DNA from: Candidatus Yanofskybacteria bacterium
Lineage (GTDB): Bacteria; Patescibacteriota; Minisyncoccia; 2-02-FULL-40-12; IGHO2-01-FULL-4-A
NCBI GenBank assembly: GCA_016181175.1
Contig: JACOZV010000001.1
Coordinates: 259,519 to 323,518 of the forward strand
Reading direction: 5' to 3'
Length of the DNA stretch: 64,000 bases
The translations under genes and the position numbers were made by a program. The notes beneath the pieces are model-generated. The model ran no database searches. It had not been told where the DNA came from and worked only from the letters and a program-made list of their open reading frames with translations. Below, piece by piece: positions 39,850-49,139 of this stretch. Within the stretch, counting starts at the first letter, position 1, and the number at the start of each line of letters is the position of its first letter.

Positions 39850-40408
39850 GAATATTCAAAAAGTAATTTCGGAGACGAGAGATATATTTCTCAAGTCGGA
39901 CGTGTCTTTACCGCTTTTGCTTAAAATAAAAACCACCGAGCTGGTTTTGAATCTTATGGCCCATCAAAAAAATTTTGGTCTTTTTATAATACTTGGCTGG
40001 CAGGATAAATGGCAGGAATATACGGATATTTCTGATGCCGCTCAGGATATTTTTGTTGCTCACCGCATAAACCTGAACGATATAGAAAATCACTCTGATT
40101 GGTATCTTGAGGTGGAGTCTACGGTTGGTTTTGACGGTGCTATCCTGATAGATGGTAACGGCGTGATACAACACTCCGGCGTTATATTGGAAGGTTTGCG
40201 TCCCCGAATGGTTGCCGACGCGATAAATCCGGGTCAGTTCAAGGACTTGTCAGAACAGTTTGGTTTCAAGCAAAAAGTCCATTCAAGACATCTTTTTGCC
40301 ATTACTTCTTCTCATGTTTTTAAAAATACCGCCGTTTTTACTGTTTCTGAAGAGAACAACACTTTCCACATTTTTGAAGCCGGAAAGATTGTTTACTCAA
40401 CAGACTGA
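39848..40408 (+). CDS. Stand-alone DAC/DisA_N (diadenylate cyclase-like) domain protein
   Basis: FDGAILIDG.G, SRHLFA (RHR-like), FTVSEE. Confidence 0.7.
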   Translation: MNIQKVISETRDIFLKSDVSLPLLLKIKTTELVLNLMAHQKNFGLFIILGWQDKWQEYTDISDAAQDIFVAHRINLNDIENHSDWYLEVESTVGFDGAILIDGNGVIQHSGVILEGLRPRMVADAINPGQFKDLSEQFGFKQKVHSRHLFAITSSHVFKNTAVFTVSEENNTFHIFEAGKIVYSTD

Positions 40409-40794
40409 TGCAATTTAAACCTCCTAAAAACGACGATAAATACCAGTGGACTAACCATGTTAAAGGCAAGATGGTTTATTACGGGATTTCTGAAAGTTTA
40501 ATAAAACGTATAACTAGATTTCCTAAACGTAAAGAAGTTGGCATTGCGACCAATACCGTTGCAGTTATGCAGTCGACTAGCAACAAGAATAAACCGCAAG
40601 AAGTGTGGGTGATGTTTCAACCCGTGGGTTCTGGACGCACAAGTAACAATAAGTCACCGGTTTTTGATTTCAAGCAAAATAAGATAAGAATAATTTCCGC
40701 GTGGCGTTACCCCGGCGTAAGTCCGGTTGGCAAAACCGTACCCATACCCGATGAAATTTTACAGGAACTTAGCAATTTGATAGAGTTGGCTTAA
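40408..40794 (+). CDS. Conserved hypothetical protein
   Basis: [19 protein letters not shown]; translationally coupled to its neighbour. Confidence 0.65.
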   Translation: MQFKPPKNDDKYQWTNHVKGKMVYYGISESLIKRITRFPKRKEVGIATNTVAVMQSTSNKNKPQEVWVMFQPVGSGRTSNNKSPVFDFKQNKIRIISAWRYPGVSPVGKTVPIPDEILQELSNLIELA

Positions 40795-40795
40795 C

Positions 40796-41476
40796 ATGAA
40801 AATTTTAGTTTTACTTTTCGCAATAGCGGTCGTAGCCCTTGGTGGTTATTTTGCCATGAAGAAAGGTGGTGGCGTCAATGTAAGCGCATCGCCAGAGCCG
40901 TCACCGACACCGACTGCTCCTGTAGACATTCAGTCACAAGAACCATTGCCAGATGTAGTCAAAGCCATACTGGTAACCGCTCGCGGCAATATTGAGCTTG
41001 AACTTTACCAGAAAGTGGCGCCCAAAACCGTTGCTAACTTTGTAAAATTAGCCGCATCGGGTTTCTACGATGGCACCAAGTTTCATCGGGTCATTGACGA
41101 TTTTATGATACAAGGGGGCGATCCATTATCTAAAACTGACGATCCTCGCGTGGGCACAGGCGGGCCCGGTTATCAATTTGAAGACGAAATTAACCTCAAA
41201 TCACTTGGCGCTCCGGATGAACTAATTGCCCAATATGAAGCGCAAGGTTATAAATATAGCAACATCCTTCAGTCATTGCCTGTGGATCCGGGTTACATTG
41301 CCATGGCTAATGCCGGACCTAATACCAATGGCAGTCAGTTTTTTATCGTGACAACTAAACCCCAACAACATCTCTATGGCAAACACACGGTATTTGGCAA
41401 AGTGGTTAAGGGAATGGATGTGGTGTTAAAAATCAAACAGGGAGATTTATTAAAGAAGGCAGTTGTTAATTTTTAA
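40796..41476 (+). CDS. Membrane-anchored cyclophilin-type peptidyl-prolyl isomerase
   Basis: [44 protein letters not shown]. Confidence 0.95.
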   Translation: MKILVLLFAIAVVALGGYFAMKKGGGVNVSASPEPSPTPTAPVDIQSQEPLPDVVKAILVTARGNIELELYQKVAPKTVANFVKLAASGFYDGTKFHRVIDDFMIQGGDPLSKTDDPRVGTGGPGYQFEDEINLKSLGAPDELIAQYEAQGYKYSNILQSLPVDPGYIAMANAGPNTNGSQFFIVTTKPQQHLYGKHTVFGKVVKGMDVVLKIKQGDLLKKAVVNF

Positions 41477-41525
41477 ACATTGATATTTATTTAAAAATTA
41501 AAAATTGGAAATTAAAAATTCTTGA

Positions 41526-42233
41526 ATGTCGTTTGTAAGAACCTCAAAACTACTAAAAATATCCCGCGCCAATATTCAGCTGATGAAAGAATGTCCGCGC
41601 TGTTTTTGGTTATACAAGCATAAGGGTATCGGTCGGCCGCAGGGCTATCCGTACACGCTTTCAATAGCAGTAGACCAGTTGCTTAAGCATGAGTTTGACG
41701 AGTATCGGGAGAGGGGAGAGATGCACCCGGTTTTAGTTGGATTTGATGGGCTGGCGGAAGCTCATCTTTTTTCTGACCAAGGACAGCTTCAAAAGTGGCG
41801 CAATAATTTTGAAGGACTTAAATACCACGACGAGGGTCTGGATGCCACGCTTTTCGGTGCGGTTGACGATATGTTGGAGTTTTCCGATGGTTCGCTTGCG
41901 GTGATAGATTATAAATCTTCAGGTGCCAAGGAAATATCCGTTTATGATGATTACAAAATGCAGATGGATGTCTATACGTATATTTTGGAACAACTCGGTT
42001 ATAAGACTGCCCGAAAAGGGTATTTCGTATTTTTTCAGGTAGACAAAACAGACGGTTTTAGAGGGCGTTTGCCGTTTCGTGGTGAAATACGTGATGTGGA
42101 TGCTGATCCAAGCTATATTTATGATCTTTTTGCTAAGGCCGTTACCTTGGCTCGTTCAGACAATCCACCTCCGTCTCATGCCGAGTGTCAATATTGTATG
42201 TATGCGGAGCACCATAAACATATAAATGAATAA
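41526..42233 (+). CDS. PD-(D/E)XK nuclease family protein
   Basis: CPRC, GAVDD..IDYKS, QM.VY, C-terminal C..C. Confidence 0.85.
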   Translation: MSFVRTSKLLKISRANIQLMKECPRCFWLYKHKGIGRPQGYPYTLSIAVDQLLKHEFDEYRERGEMHPVLVGFDGLAEAHLFSDQGQLQKWRNNFEGLKYHDEGLDATLFGAVDDMLEFSDGSLAVIDYKSSGAKEISVYDDYKMQMDVYTYILEQLGYKTARKGYFVFFQVDKTDGFRGRLPFRGEIRDVDADPSYIYDLFAKAVTLARSDNPPPSHAECQYCMYAEHHKHINE

Positions 42234-43689
42234 AATGGTTGATAAAAAACCAAAACTTACCGGCGAACATTTTTATAAATTTTTCCAATGTCCGCATTGG
42301 ATTTGGTATGATATCTATGCCGATCAAACCAAAAAGGGTGGAATTCCTCCTCTGATAGAGATGATTCACCGGGGCGGTCTCAAGCATGAAAAAGAAATGA
42401 TCCAGACGCGCAAGTTTGAAGAAATAAAGCCGGAACTTTTTCGCGATCTTGATGAAGCTTTTTTGTCTACGCTTGAGCTGATGAAACAAGGGAAAAATAT
42501 CTACCACGGTGTGTTGATGGATCAGAATTGGGTTGGCATTCCGGACCTGCTTGAAGCGCGGCCAGTGGAGAAAGGAATGAAATCTAACTTTGGTGACCAT
42601 TACTATGTTGTATATGATGTTAAAACCGGCAAAGAAATGCGTGACGAATACAAATTCCAGCTGGTTTTCTACAGTTTAATTTTGGAACGACTGCAGGGGG
42701 TTTTGCCGCGCGATGCTTTTATCGTCAACTCTGACGGCGAGGAGCGTTCATTCATGGTTGATGACTTTCTTGACTATTTTCACTTGACCAGGGAGAGAAT
42801 TGAACGAGTTTTGGCCGGCGAAAAACCGCCACCATTTCTTAAAAGTGGCTGCAAGCAATCGCCATGGTATTCACTTTGTGTTGATGAGACAAAGGGTTGC
42901 GACGATGTCTCGTTGATTTACAGGTTGAGCCAGAACGACCAACGGCGTTTTTATGAACTTGGTATACATAGCGTAAAAGATTTGGCTTCAGCCGATTTGG
43001 ATAACTTACGTTCGCGGCTTGAAGACTGGCCGTTTGATAAAATCCTGCGTTTTTATAATCAGGCCCAAGTACTGGTTTCAAACGAGCCAAAAGTTCTCAA
43101 GAAAAGCGAGTTTCCTCAAGTAGAAAACGAAATATATTTTGATATTGAATCTGATCCAACGGAGGGCATCGATTATCTTTTTGGGATGCTCATAAAAAGC
43201 GGAAACAAAAAACCCGAATACAAATATTTTTTGGCACAGGATAAAAAGGACGAGGAAAGGGTGTGGCGTGATTTTTTGGATTTTCTCGAATCTCTTAATG
43301 ACTTTGTCATTTATCACTATTCTTATTACGAAAGAGAAGTTTTTAAGCGTTTGGGCAATGAATATGGTATTTCAGTGGCGCTTGAAGATAAGTTCAAAAA
43401 TAATACAATTGATTTACACTGGAAATTTATTGAAGCAGCAGTTTTGCCAATTTATTTTTACAGCCTAAAAGATGTTGCCAAGTATCTTGGCTTCAAATGG
43501 CAGGCCGATGACGCTGGCGGAGCAGAATCGGTGGTTTGGTACAATGATTGGTTGCAGAAGCATGACCAAAAAATCATGGACAAAATCATCAAATATAATG
43601 AGGACGATGTAAAAGCTACACTGTTTCTCAAGGAGTGGTTGGATAAACAAAAACCCCGAACAAGCAAGGAGCGACTGCCGGAAGACTAG
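42226..43689 (+). CDS. TM0106-family RecB-like nuclease with RNase H-like C-terminal domain
   Basis: G.PDLL..YDVK..QL.FY, YFDIE, YSLK.VA..LGF.W, YNEDDV.AT. Confidence 0.85.
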   Translation: MNKMVDKKPKLTGEHFYKFFQCPHWIWYDIYADQTKKGGIPPLIEMIHRGGLKHEKEMIQTRKFEEIKPELFRDLDEAFLSTLELMKQGKNIYHGVLMDQNWVGIPDLLEARPVEKGMKSNFGDHYYVVYDVKTGKEMRDEYKFQLVFYSLILERLQGVLPRDAFIVNSDGEERSFMVDDFLDYFHLTRERIERVLAGEKPPPFLKSGCKQSPWYSLCVDETKGCDDVSLIYRLSQNDQRRFYELGIHSVKDLASADLDNLRSRLEDWPFDKILRFYNQAQVLVSNEPKVLKKSEFPQVENEIYFDIESDPTEGIDYLFGMLIKSGNKKPEYKYFLAQDKKDEERVWRDFLDFLESLNDFVIYHYSYYEREVFKRLGNEYGISVALEDKFKNNTIDLHWKFIEAAVLPIYFYSLKDVAKYLGFKWQADDAGGAESVVWYNDWLQKHDQKIMDKIIKYNEDDVKATLFLKEWLDKQKPRTSKERLPED

Positions 43690-43778
43690 TGTTTATATTA
43701 AAACAAGAAAAAAATCAGCTTATGCTGATTTTTTGGTGACTTGATTTTTAAATAATAGTATTTTACTATCAAATTTAA

Positions 43779-43892
43779 TCCCGTTAGAAGTCGCCCTAAC
43801 GGGTTCGCGGTCATAATTAGCAAATAATTTAAAGTCTTATTGTTTAGCCGTAACTTATGTATAAGGCTACACAGTAGCGACTTCTAACGGGA
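43779..43892. mobile_element. Family C palindromic element (C2), 3 nt before the secD start
   Basis: 16-bp inverted repeat TCCCGTTAGAAGTCGC/GCGACTTCTAACGGGA. Confidence 0.75.
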
Positions 43893-43895
43893 CAA

Positions 43896-45287
43896 GTGTT
43901 ACGTAGATTTACTCCATTGATAATTTTAGCCGTTGCTCTGTTTTTGGGCGTTTTTGCTTATCCTCAAGGTTGGGATATGGGCGCGGACATAGTAAATTCA
44001 AAACTCAAAATCCAAAATTCAAAATATAAGATTCCACGTATGTTTAAAATTCCGCCATTTCGTCTTGGTCTTGACCTGTTGGGCGGTACCCACTTAGTTT
44101 ATCAAGCCGATTTGTCTGGAACCGAGGGTCAAAGCGCTGGTGACGCTATGTCTGGTGTGCGTGACGTTATCGAGCGCAGAGTTAATCTTTTTGGCGTTGC
44201 AGAACCGTTGGTGCAAATTGAAGGCAACGATCGTCTTGTGGTGGAATTGGCCGGCATCAAAGATGTAAATCAGGCAATACAGATGATTGGTCAGACGCCA
44301 TTTTTGGAATTCAAAGAAGAACGTCCGTCAGAAGAGTCGCAAAAAATTATTGAAGCCCAACAAAAAGGTTCATCCAGCACCAGTTTGGACAGCCCCGAAC
44401 TGGTGCTGGACAAGCAACAGTTTGAAGATCCGTATTTTAAGCCAACCGGTTTAACCGGTCGATATCTTAAGCGTTCCCAATTGACATTTGATCAGACAAC
44501 ATCACAACCGGAGGTTTCGCTGGAATTAAACGACGACGGAGCAAAATTATTTGCTGAAATTACAAAGCGAAATATTGGGAAGCGTGTTGCAATTTATGTT
44601 GACGGCGTGGGCATAAGCGCACCGACGGTTCAAAGCGAAATTCCAAGCGGTCGTGCCGTGATCAGTGGCAGTTTTTCCATAAAAGAAGCCAGGGATTTAG
44701 TTAACAATCTTAATGCCGGGGCACTGCCGGTACCGATAAATTTAATTTCACAACAGACGGTGGGCCCTTCTTTGGGGCAGGAATCACTGCAAAAATCATT
44801 GACGGCCGGCTTATACGGATTGCTTGCGGTAGCCATTTTCATGATATTGTTTTACCGTTTGCCCGGCCTTGTGTCAGTTGTCGCTTTGTTGGTGTATGTT
44901 GCAATTGTTCTGACTGTCTATAAAGTAATTCCGGTAACGCTGACTTTGGCCGGAATAGCAGGTTTTATATTGTCTTTGGGTATGGCTGTGGATGCCAATA
45001 TTTTGATTTTTGCCAGAATGCGCGAAGAGTTAAAGGCTGGCAATTCTTTAGCACAGTCATTTGCAAGCGGTTTCCACCGAGCTTGGTACTCAATCCGTGA
45101 CAGTCACGTTACAACTTTGCTCGGCGCTTTTGTGCTGTATGCTTTTTCAACATCTGTGGTTAGGGGATTTGCTTTGACGCTTGGAATCGGAGTTTTGGCA
45201 AGTTTGTTTACGGCCATTGTTATTACTAAATCATTTTTAAGGTTGTTTATTGGACACAAAATGGAGAAAACAAAGTGGATGTTTTAA
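43896..45287 (+). CDS. secD: Protein translocase subunit SecD
   Basis: LGLDLLGG, IERRVNLFGVAEP, GALPVP, GMAVDANILIF.R. Confidence 0.97.
   Translation: MLRRFTPLIILAVALFLGVFAYPQGWDMGADIVNSKLKIQNSKYKIPRMFKIPPFRLGLDLLGGTHLVYQADLSGTEGQSAGDAMSGVRDVIERRVNLFGVAEPLVQIEGNDRLVVELAGIKDVNQAIQMIGQTPFLEFKEERPSEESQKIIEAQQKGSSSTSLDSPELVLDKQQFEDPYFKPTGLTGRYLKRSQLTFDQTTSQPEVSLELNDDGAKLFAEITKRNIGKRVAIYVDGVGISAPTVQSEIPSGRAVISGSFSIKEARDLVNNLNAGALPVPINLISQQTVGPSLGQESLQKSLTAGLYGLLAVAIFMILFYRLPGLVSVVALLVYVAIVLTVYKVIPVTLTLAGIAGFILSLGMAVDANILIFARMREELKAGNSLAQSFASGFHRAWYSIRDSHVTTLLGAFVLYAFSTSVVRGFALTLGIGVLASLFTAIVITKSFLRLFIGHKMEKTKWMF
44373..44410. mobile_element. Family D palindrome in frame within secD
   Basis: TCCAGCACCAGTTTGG/CCGAACTGGTGCTGGA encoding SSTSLDSPELVLD. 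Confidence 0.7.
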
Positions 45288-45289
45288 AT

Positions 45290-45574
45290 ATGAATCCCAA
45301 ACGAGACAGCAAAACCATGTTTTATACATATGTTTTAAGAAATAAAAAAAGCCGCTTTTATGTTGGTTTTACTTATGATTTACGGAAACGCTTCAATGAA
45401 CATAATAATAAAAAATCAACTTATACAAAATATCGTGGCCCATACGAACTTATTTACTATGAAGCTTGTCTTGATGAGAATGACGCTCGTTAAAGAGAAA
45501 AGTATTTTAAATCTGGAACAGGTAAACGCTACTTCAAAAACAGATTGAAGCGTTTCCTGTCTCGTACTGGATGA
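45290..45574 (+). pseudogene. GIY-YIG endonuclease with a single in-frame TAA (45491-45493)
   Basis: FYTYVL..FYVGFT.DLRKR..EHN..DAR*REKYFKSG..FLSRTG*; terminal TGA overlaps the secF ATG. Confidence 0.85.
45294..45572 (+). mobile_element. Family A element carrying a GIY-YIG nuclease (A4) between secD and secF
   Basis: ATCCCAAACGAGACAG ... CTGTCTCGTACTGGAT; GA duplication; supplies the secF ATG. Confidence 0.85.
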
Positions 45575-46461
45575 AACCCATATATACAATTATGTTTTTT
45601 ATTTCCATGGCGCTGACTGTCGCGGCCGTTATTTTGGTGGCAGTTTTTGGTTTGCGTTTTGGGGTAGATTTCAAGGGCGGCTCTTTACTGGAAATTGCCT
45701 TTGTTAATCCTCGTCCATCAACCGGAGAAATACAAAATATTATAAGCGGGATTGACGGTGTCAAAAACATAAATGTAAATCCGGTGGGTGACAACGGTGC
45801 TTTAATAAGGCTAAATGATATCAATGAGCAGACTCATCAAGATATTTTAACTAAGATTTCCGGAAGTTTTGGTGAGATAATGGAAAATCGCTTTGATTCC
45901 ATAGGTCCTGTAGTCGGCAATGAGTTGAGAGATAAGAGCGTTAAGGCAATAGTAATTTTATTAATAGCTATAATTATTTATCTCGCTTTTGTTTTTAGGA
46001 AAATTTCACGCGTTCTTTCCTCTTGGGCTATGGGTTTAGCTGCCATTGTTGCGCTGGTTCATGATGTTATTATACCCGTTGGCGTTTTTGCGTTACTTGG
46101 GCATTATTATGGAATTGAGATTACGGCAATTTTTGTGGCGGCCGCATTAACTATTTTGGGGTATTCGCTTTCTGACTCCGTTGTTATTTTTGATAGAGTA
46201 AGAGAAAACGTGCTTCGTTTGGGCATTTCTCATCAAAGTTTCGGAGCACTTGTCCACAAAAGTGTCTTACAAACCCTGGTCCGTTCCATTAATACGACCC
46301 TCACAACGCTATTTTCTCTGATTGTGATTTACTTTTTTGGAGGAGAATCAATAAAATACTTTTCTTTAGCCCTAATTATAGGTATTTTTTCAGGCGCTTA
46401 TTCTTCAATTTTTGTTGCTTCTCCGATTCTAGTTTGGCTTAGCAATCGACGCAAGAGTTAA
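45571..46461 (+). CDS. secF: Protein translocase subunit SecF
   Basis: GVDFKGG, IGPVVG.EL, ALVHDV, GYSLSDSVVIFDRVREN, GAYSSIFVASP. Confidence 0.97.
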   Translation: MKPIYTIMFFISMALTVAAVILVAVFGLRFGVDFKGGSLLEIAFVNPRPSTGEIQNIISGIDGVKNINVNPVGDNGALIRLNDINEQTHQDILTKISGSFGEIMENRFDSIGPVVGNELRDKSVKAIVILLIAIIIYLAFVFRKISRVLSSWAMGLAAIVALVHDVIIPVGVFALLGHYYGIEITAIFVAAALTILGYSLSDSVVIFDRVRENVLRLGISHQSFGALVHKSVLQTLVRSINTTLTTLFSLIVIYFFGGESIKYFSLALIIGIFSGAYSSIFVASPILVWLSNRRKS

Positions 46462-46628
46462 AAAATATGGTGGTATTGACATGTCAGGCGCACGGTTATA
46501 TGTTGATATGTTAAGCAGTTGACCCATTTAAAACTATATGGTATCTTTATAAATAACAACCAACTAATGGTTAGAAAATAGTAATAATTAGTTTACTTTT
46601 TACTATTATTTGTTGGCATAAGTGATAC

Positions 46629-47684
46629 TTGACAAATTTGAATAGTACAATCAGGGGGGTAGTCGGACAGGTGCTTTATGTTTTAAACACCAGAAATAAG
46701 GATGTGATATCCCGGCGTTTTGGTTTGAAAACCGGCAAAAAAGAGACGCTGGAATCGATTGGTAAAAGCTACGGTATTACTCGTGAAAGAGTCAGGCAGA
46801 TTGAAGAAGCATCGCTAAAGCAGATTAGGGAAAATTTAAATTCCAGCCTGGCCAGTAAGGTGAAGCCCTTTGTTGACCTTGCTGAAAACACTCTTGAACA
46901 AGCCGGAGGTGTAACCAGCGAAGATAATCTTTTTGCAAAGTTTTCGGGTGTTGCTAAAGAAAATCCGGCCAATGCTACACTAGTCTTTTTTCTTTCTTTG
47001 GATGGCAGACTCAGGAAATTTATTGAGACTGATGATTTTAATACTTTTTGGGCATTATCCGATCAGCATGCCGAATCATTTAATAAGTCCATTTTTGCTT
47101 TTATCGACGCTCTAAAAAAGTTAGGGACGCCAATTGCCGAATCGGCAGTTGTCGATTTTTATAAGAAATCTGGTGCCACCCTCAAAGATGTAACGTCTGC
47201 AACTGTTGCTTCTTTTATTTCAGTTTCTAAGAATATTGCCAAAAACAACTTTGGCCAGCTTGGTTTGACTAGTTGGCCTGACATAAAACCTCGTGGCGTA
47301 AAAGATAAGGCCTTTCTTGTGCTTAAGCGTGATGGTAAGCCCCGACATTTCAGGGAAATAACCCAATTGATTAATACGTCAAGTTTTGGTAACCGCAAGG
47401 CTAATGTACAAACAGTTCACAACGAACTAATCAAGGACAAAAGATTTGTTTTAGTTGGCCGCGGTTTATACGGTTTGACCGAATGGGGATATAAGGCGGG
47501 AACCGTTAAAGATGTTATAGTTGACATATTGCGTTCTACCGGTCAGCCCATGCATAAAAAAGACATTGTAACCCAGGTTTTATCTAATCGTATGGTTAAA
47601 GAAAATACGATTCTTTTAAATTTACAGAACCCCAAAGTCTTTGAAAGAAAAGGCAATGGAGTCTACGCACTTAAAGAAGCATAA
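46629..47684 (+). CDS. Sigma-70 region 4 HTH plus winged-helix (HARE-HTH/RNAP delta-like) protein
   Basis: RRFGL..ETLESIG..GITRERVRQIE; TVHNELI.D.RFVLVGRG.Y.L.EWG. Confidence 0.75.
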   Translation: MTNLNSTIRGVVGQVLYVLNTRNKDVISRRFGLKTGKKETLESIGKSYGITRERVRQIEEASLKQIRENLNSSLASKVKPFVDLAENTLEQAGGVTSEDNLFAKFSGVAKENPANATLVFFLSLDGRLRKFIETDDFNTFWALSDQHAESFNKSIFAFIDALKKLGTPIAESAVVDFYKKSGATLKDVTSATVASFISVSKNIAKNNFGQLGLTSWPDIKPRGVKDKAFLVLKRDGKPRHFREITQLINTSSFGNRKANVQTVHNELIKDKRFVLVGRGLYGLTEWGYKAGTVKDVIVDILRSTGQPMHKKDIVTQVLSNRMVKENTILLNLQNPKVFERKGNGVYALKEA

Positions 47685-47690
47685 ATGCTT

Positions 47691-47772
47691 CCAGTAAACG
47701 GTAATCAGTAACCAGTAATCAGTAATTTATTTTTTGATTTTTCCAGTTACCAGTTACGAGTTACTAATTACT
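47691..47772. repeat. Opposed heptamer arrays (GTAAYCA)n / (CCAGTTA)n
   Basis: Read directly; the second array is the same heptamer family as 25013-25040. Confidence 0.7.
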
Positions 47773-47779
47773 TTGTATT

Positions 47780-49057
47780 TTGTTCTACGACGTTTTTAGT
47801 CCACTAAAAACCGCTTTTTCTCTTATCTTGCTCTATTGGTGGATTTTCACCCCGTTTTTATTTTTTTTCGGCGCACTTGACGGCTGGCTTTTTTATAAAA
47901 GAAAAAAGCACCTGCTCTCCATCAGGTGGGTTTTACTTGAGGTTAAGCCTCCACCTGACGTCCAAAAAAGTCCCAAAATAGCTGAAAATATATTTTCTGG
48001 CCTTCACGCTGTTTATTCGGGACCAAAAAGCTGGAAGGACAAATTTTTTAAAGGCGAAGTTCAGCCCTGGTTTTCGTTTGAAATCGTTGGCAATGGCGGT
48101 GAAATTAACTTTTATGTCAGGACACCAGAAGACCTGCGCAACTTAGTCGAAGCTCAAATTTTCGCGCAGTATCCAGACGCGGAAATTAAAATTGCTGATG
48201 ATTACATAAGCCAACTTCCCGAGCATTTGCCCAACAATGACTATGATATGTTCGGCACCGAACTCGTATTTTCAAAACCAAACGCCTATCCAGTCAAAAC
48301 GTATCCGTTTTTTGAAGAGGAGTCCGGCAAGGACGAATTCAGGCGGACGGATCCACTGGCACCGCTTGCAGAAATAATGAGTGCGTTGGAATCAGGCGAG
48401 CACATCTGGGTGCAGCTTTTAATAAGGGCTACTGGCGATGCGTGGGTTAAAGAAGCAAAGATTGAGATAGACAAACTAGTCGGCAAAGAGCCAAAAATTG
48501 AACGCGATGCGCTTGGCAAAGCTGTTGACTTTGTGGACCAGCTTTTGCCTGGCGGAACACCACCGCAGGAAGAAAAGAAAAAAGAAGATTTTTCACCGCA
48601 AAAACTTACGCCGGGTCAGAAATTTACTCTTGAACAGGTTGAAAATAAAATTTCAAAACTGGGCTTCAAATCCGGTTATAGATTTTTTTACATTGCGCGC
48701 AAAGACCGTTTTCATGGGTCACATATTTCAGCGGTTATGGGCATGTTCAAACAGCTTTATTTCAATAACCTTAACAGTTTCAAACCCAATAAAAGGGTTA
48801 TTACCAAGGACAAAGGATGGTTCCCATGGCTTTTCCCTTCGGAAAAAGGATTTTTTTATCGTGAACGTGAATATAGGCGCAAGGAGTATCTTTATCAGAA
48901 ATACCGCGAGAGGGCTTTTGTCGACCAGTTTATAATTTTAAACACTGAAGAACTAGCCACATTATTCCATTTGCCTGGCATTGGCGTGAAGGCGCCGGCA
49001 TTTCCAAGGGTTGAAGCGAAGAAGGGGCAACCGCCTGCCGGTTTACCAACAGGGTAG
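47780..49057 (+). CDS. Conserved membrane-anchored protein associated with a TraG/HerA-like ATPase
   Basis: N-terminal TM, FSFEI, AQYPDAEI, ILNTEELATLFHLP. Confidence 0.65.
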   Translation: MFYDVFSPLKTAFSLILLYWWIFTPFLFFFGALDGWLFYKRKKHLLSIRWVLLEVKPPPDVQKSPKIAENIFSGLHAVYSGPKSWKDKFFKGEVQPWFSFEIVGNGGEINFYVRTPEDLRNLVEAQIFAQYPDAEIKIADDYISQLPEHLPNNDYDMFGTELVFSKPNAYPVKTYPFFEEESGKDEFRRTDPLAPLAEIMSALESGEHIWVQLLIRATGDAWVKEAKIEIDKLVGKEPKIERDALGKAVDFVDQLLPGGTPPQEEKKKEDFSPQKLTPGQKFTLEQVENKISKLGFKSGYRFFYIARKDRFHGSHISAVMGMFKQLYFNNLNSFKPNKRVITKDKGWFPWLFPSEKGFFYREREYRRKEYLYQKYRERAFVDQFIILNTEELATLFHLPGIGVKAPAFPRVEAKKGQPPAGLPTG

Positions 49058-49139
49058 AATGTTGATAATTTTTAATTTCCAATTTTTAATTTTTAAACAT
49101 TAGAAATTATTTATAAAATTAAAAATTTAAAAATTTTTC

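Noticed and set aside
41526-43689. Cas4 or restriction-type defence system
   Set aside because: Two generic nucleases with no cas1/cas2, DNA methylase or array nearby.
39162-43892. Family C as integron attC sites (GTTAG/CTAAC boxes)
   Set aside because: The box order is reversed relative to attC (RYYYAAC first, GTTRRRY last); there is no cassette array and no integrase.
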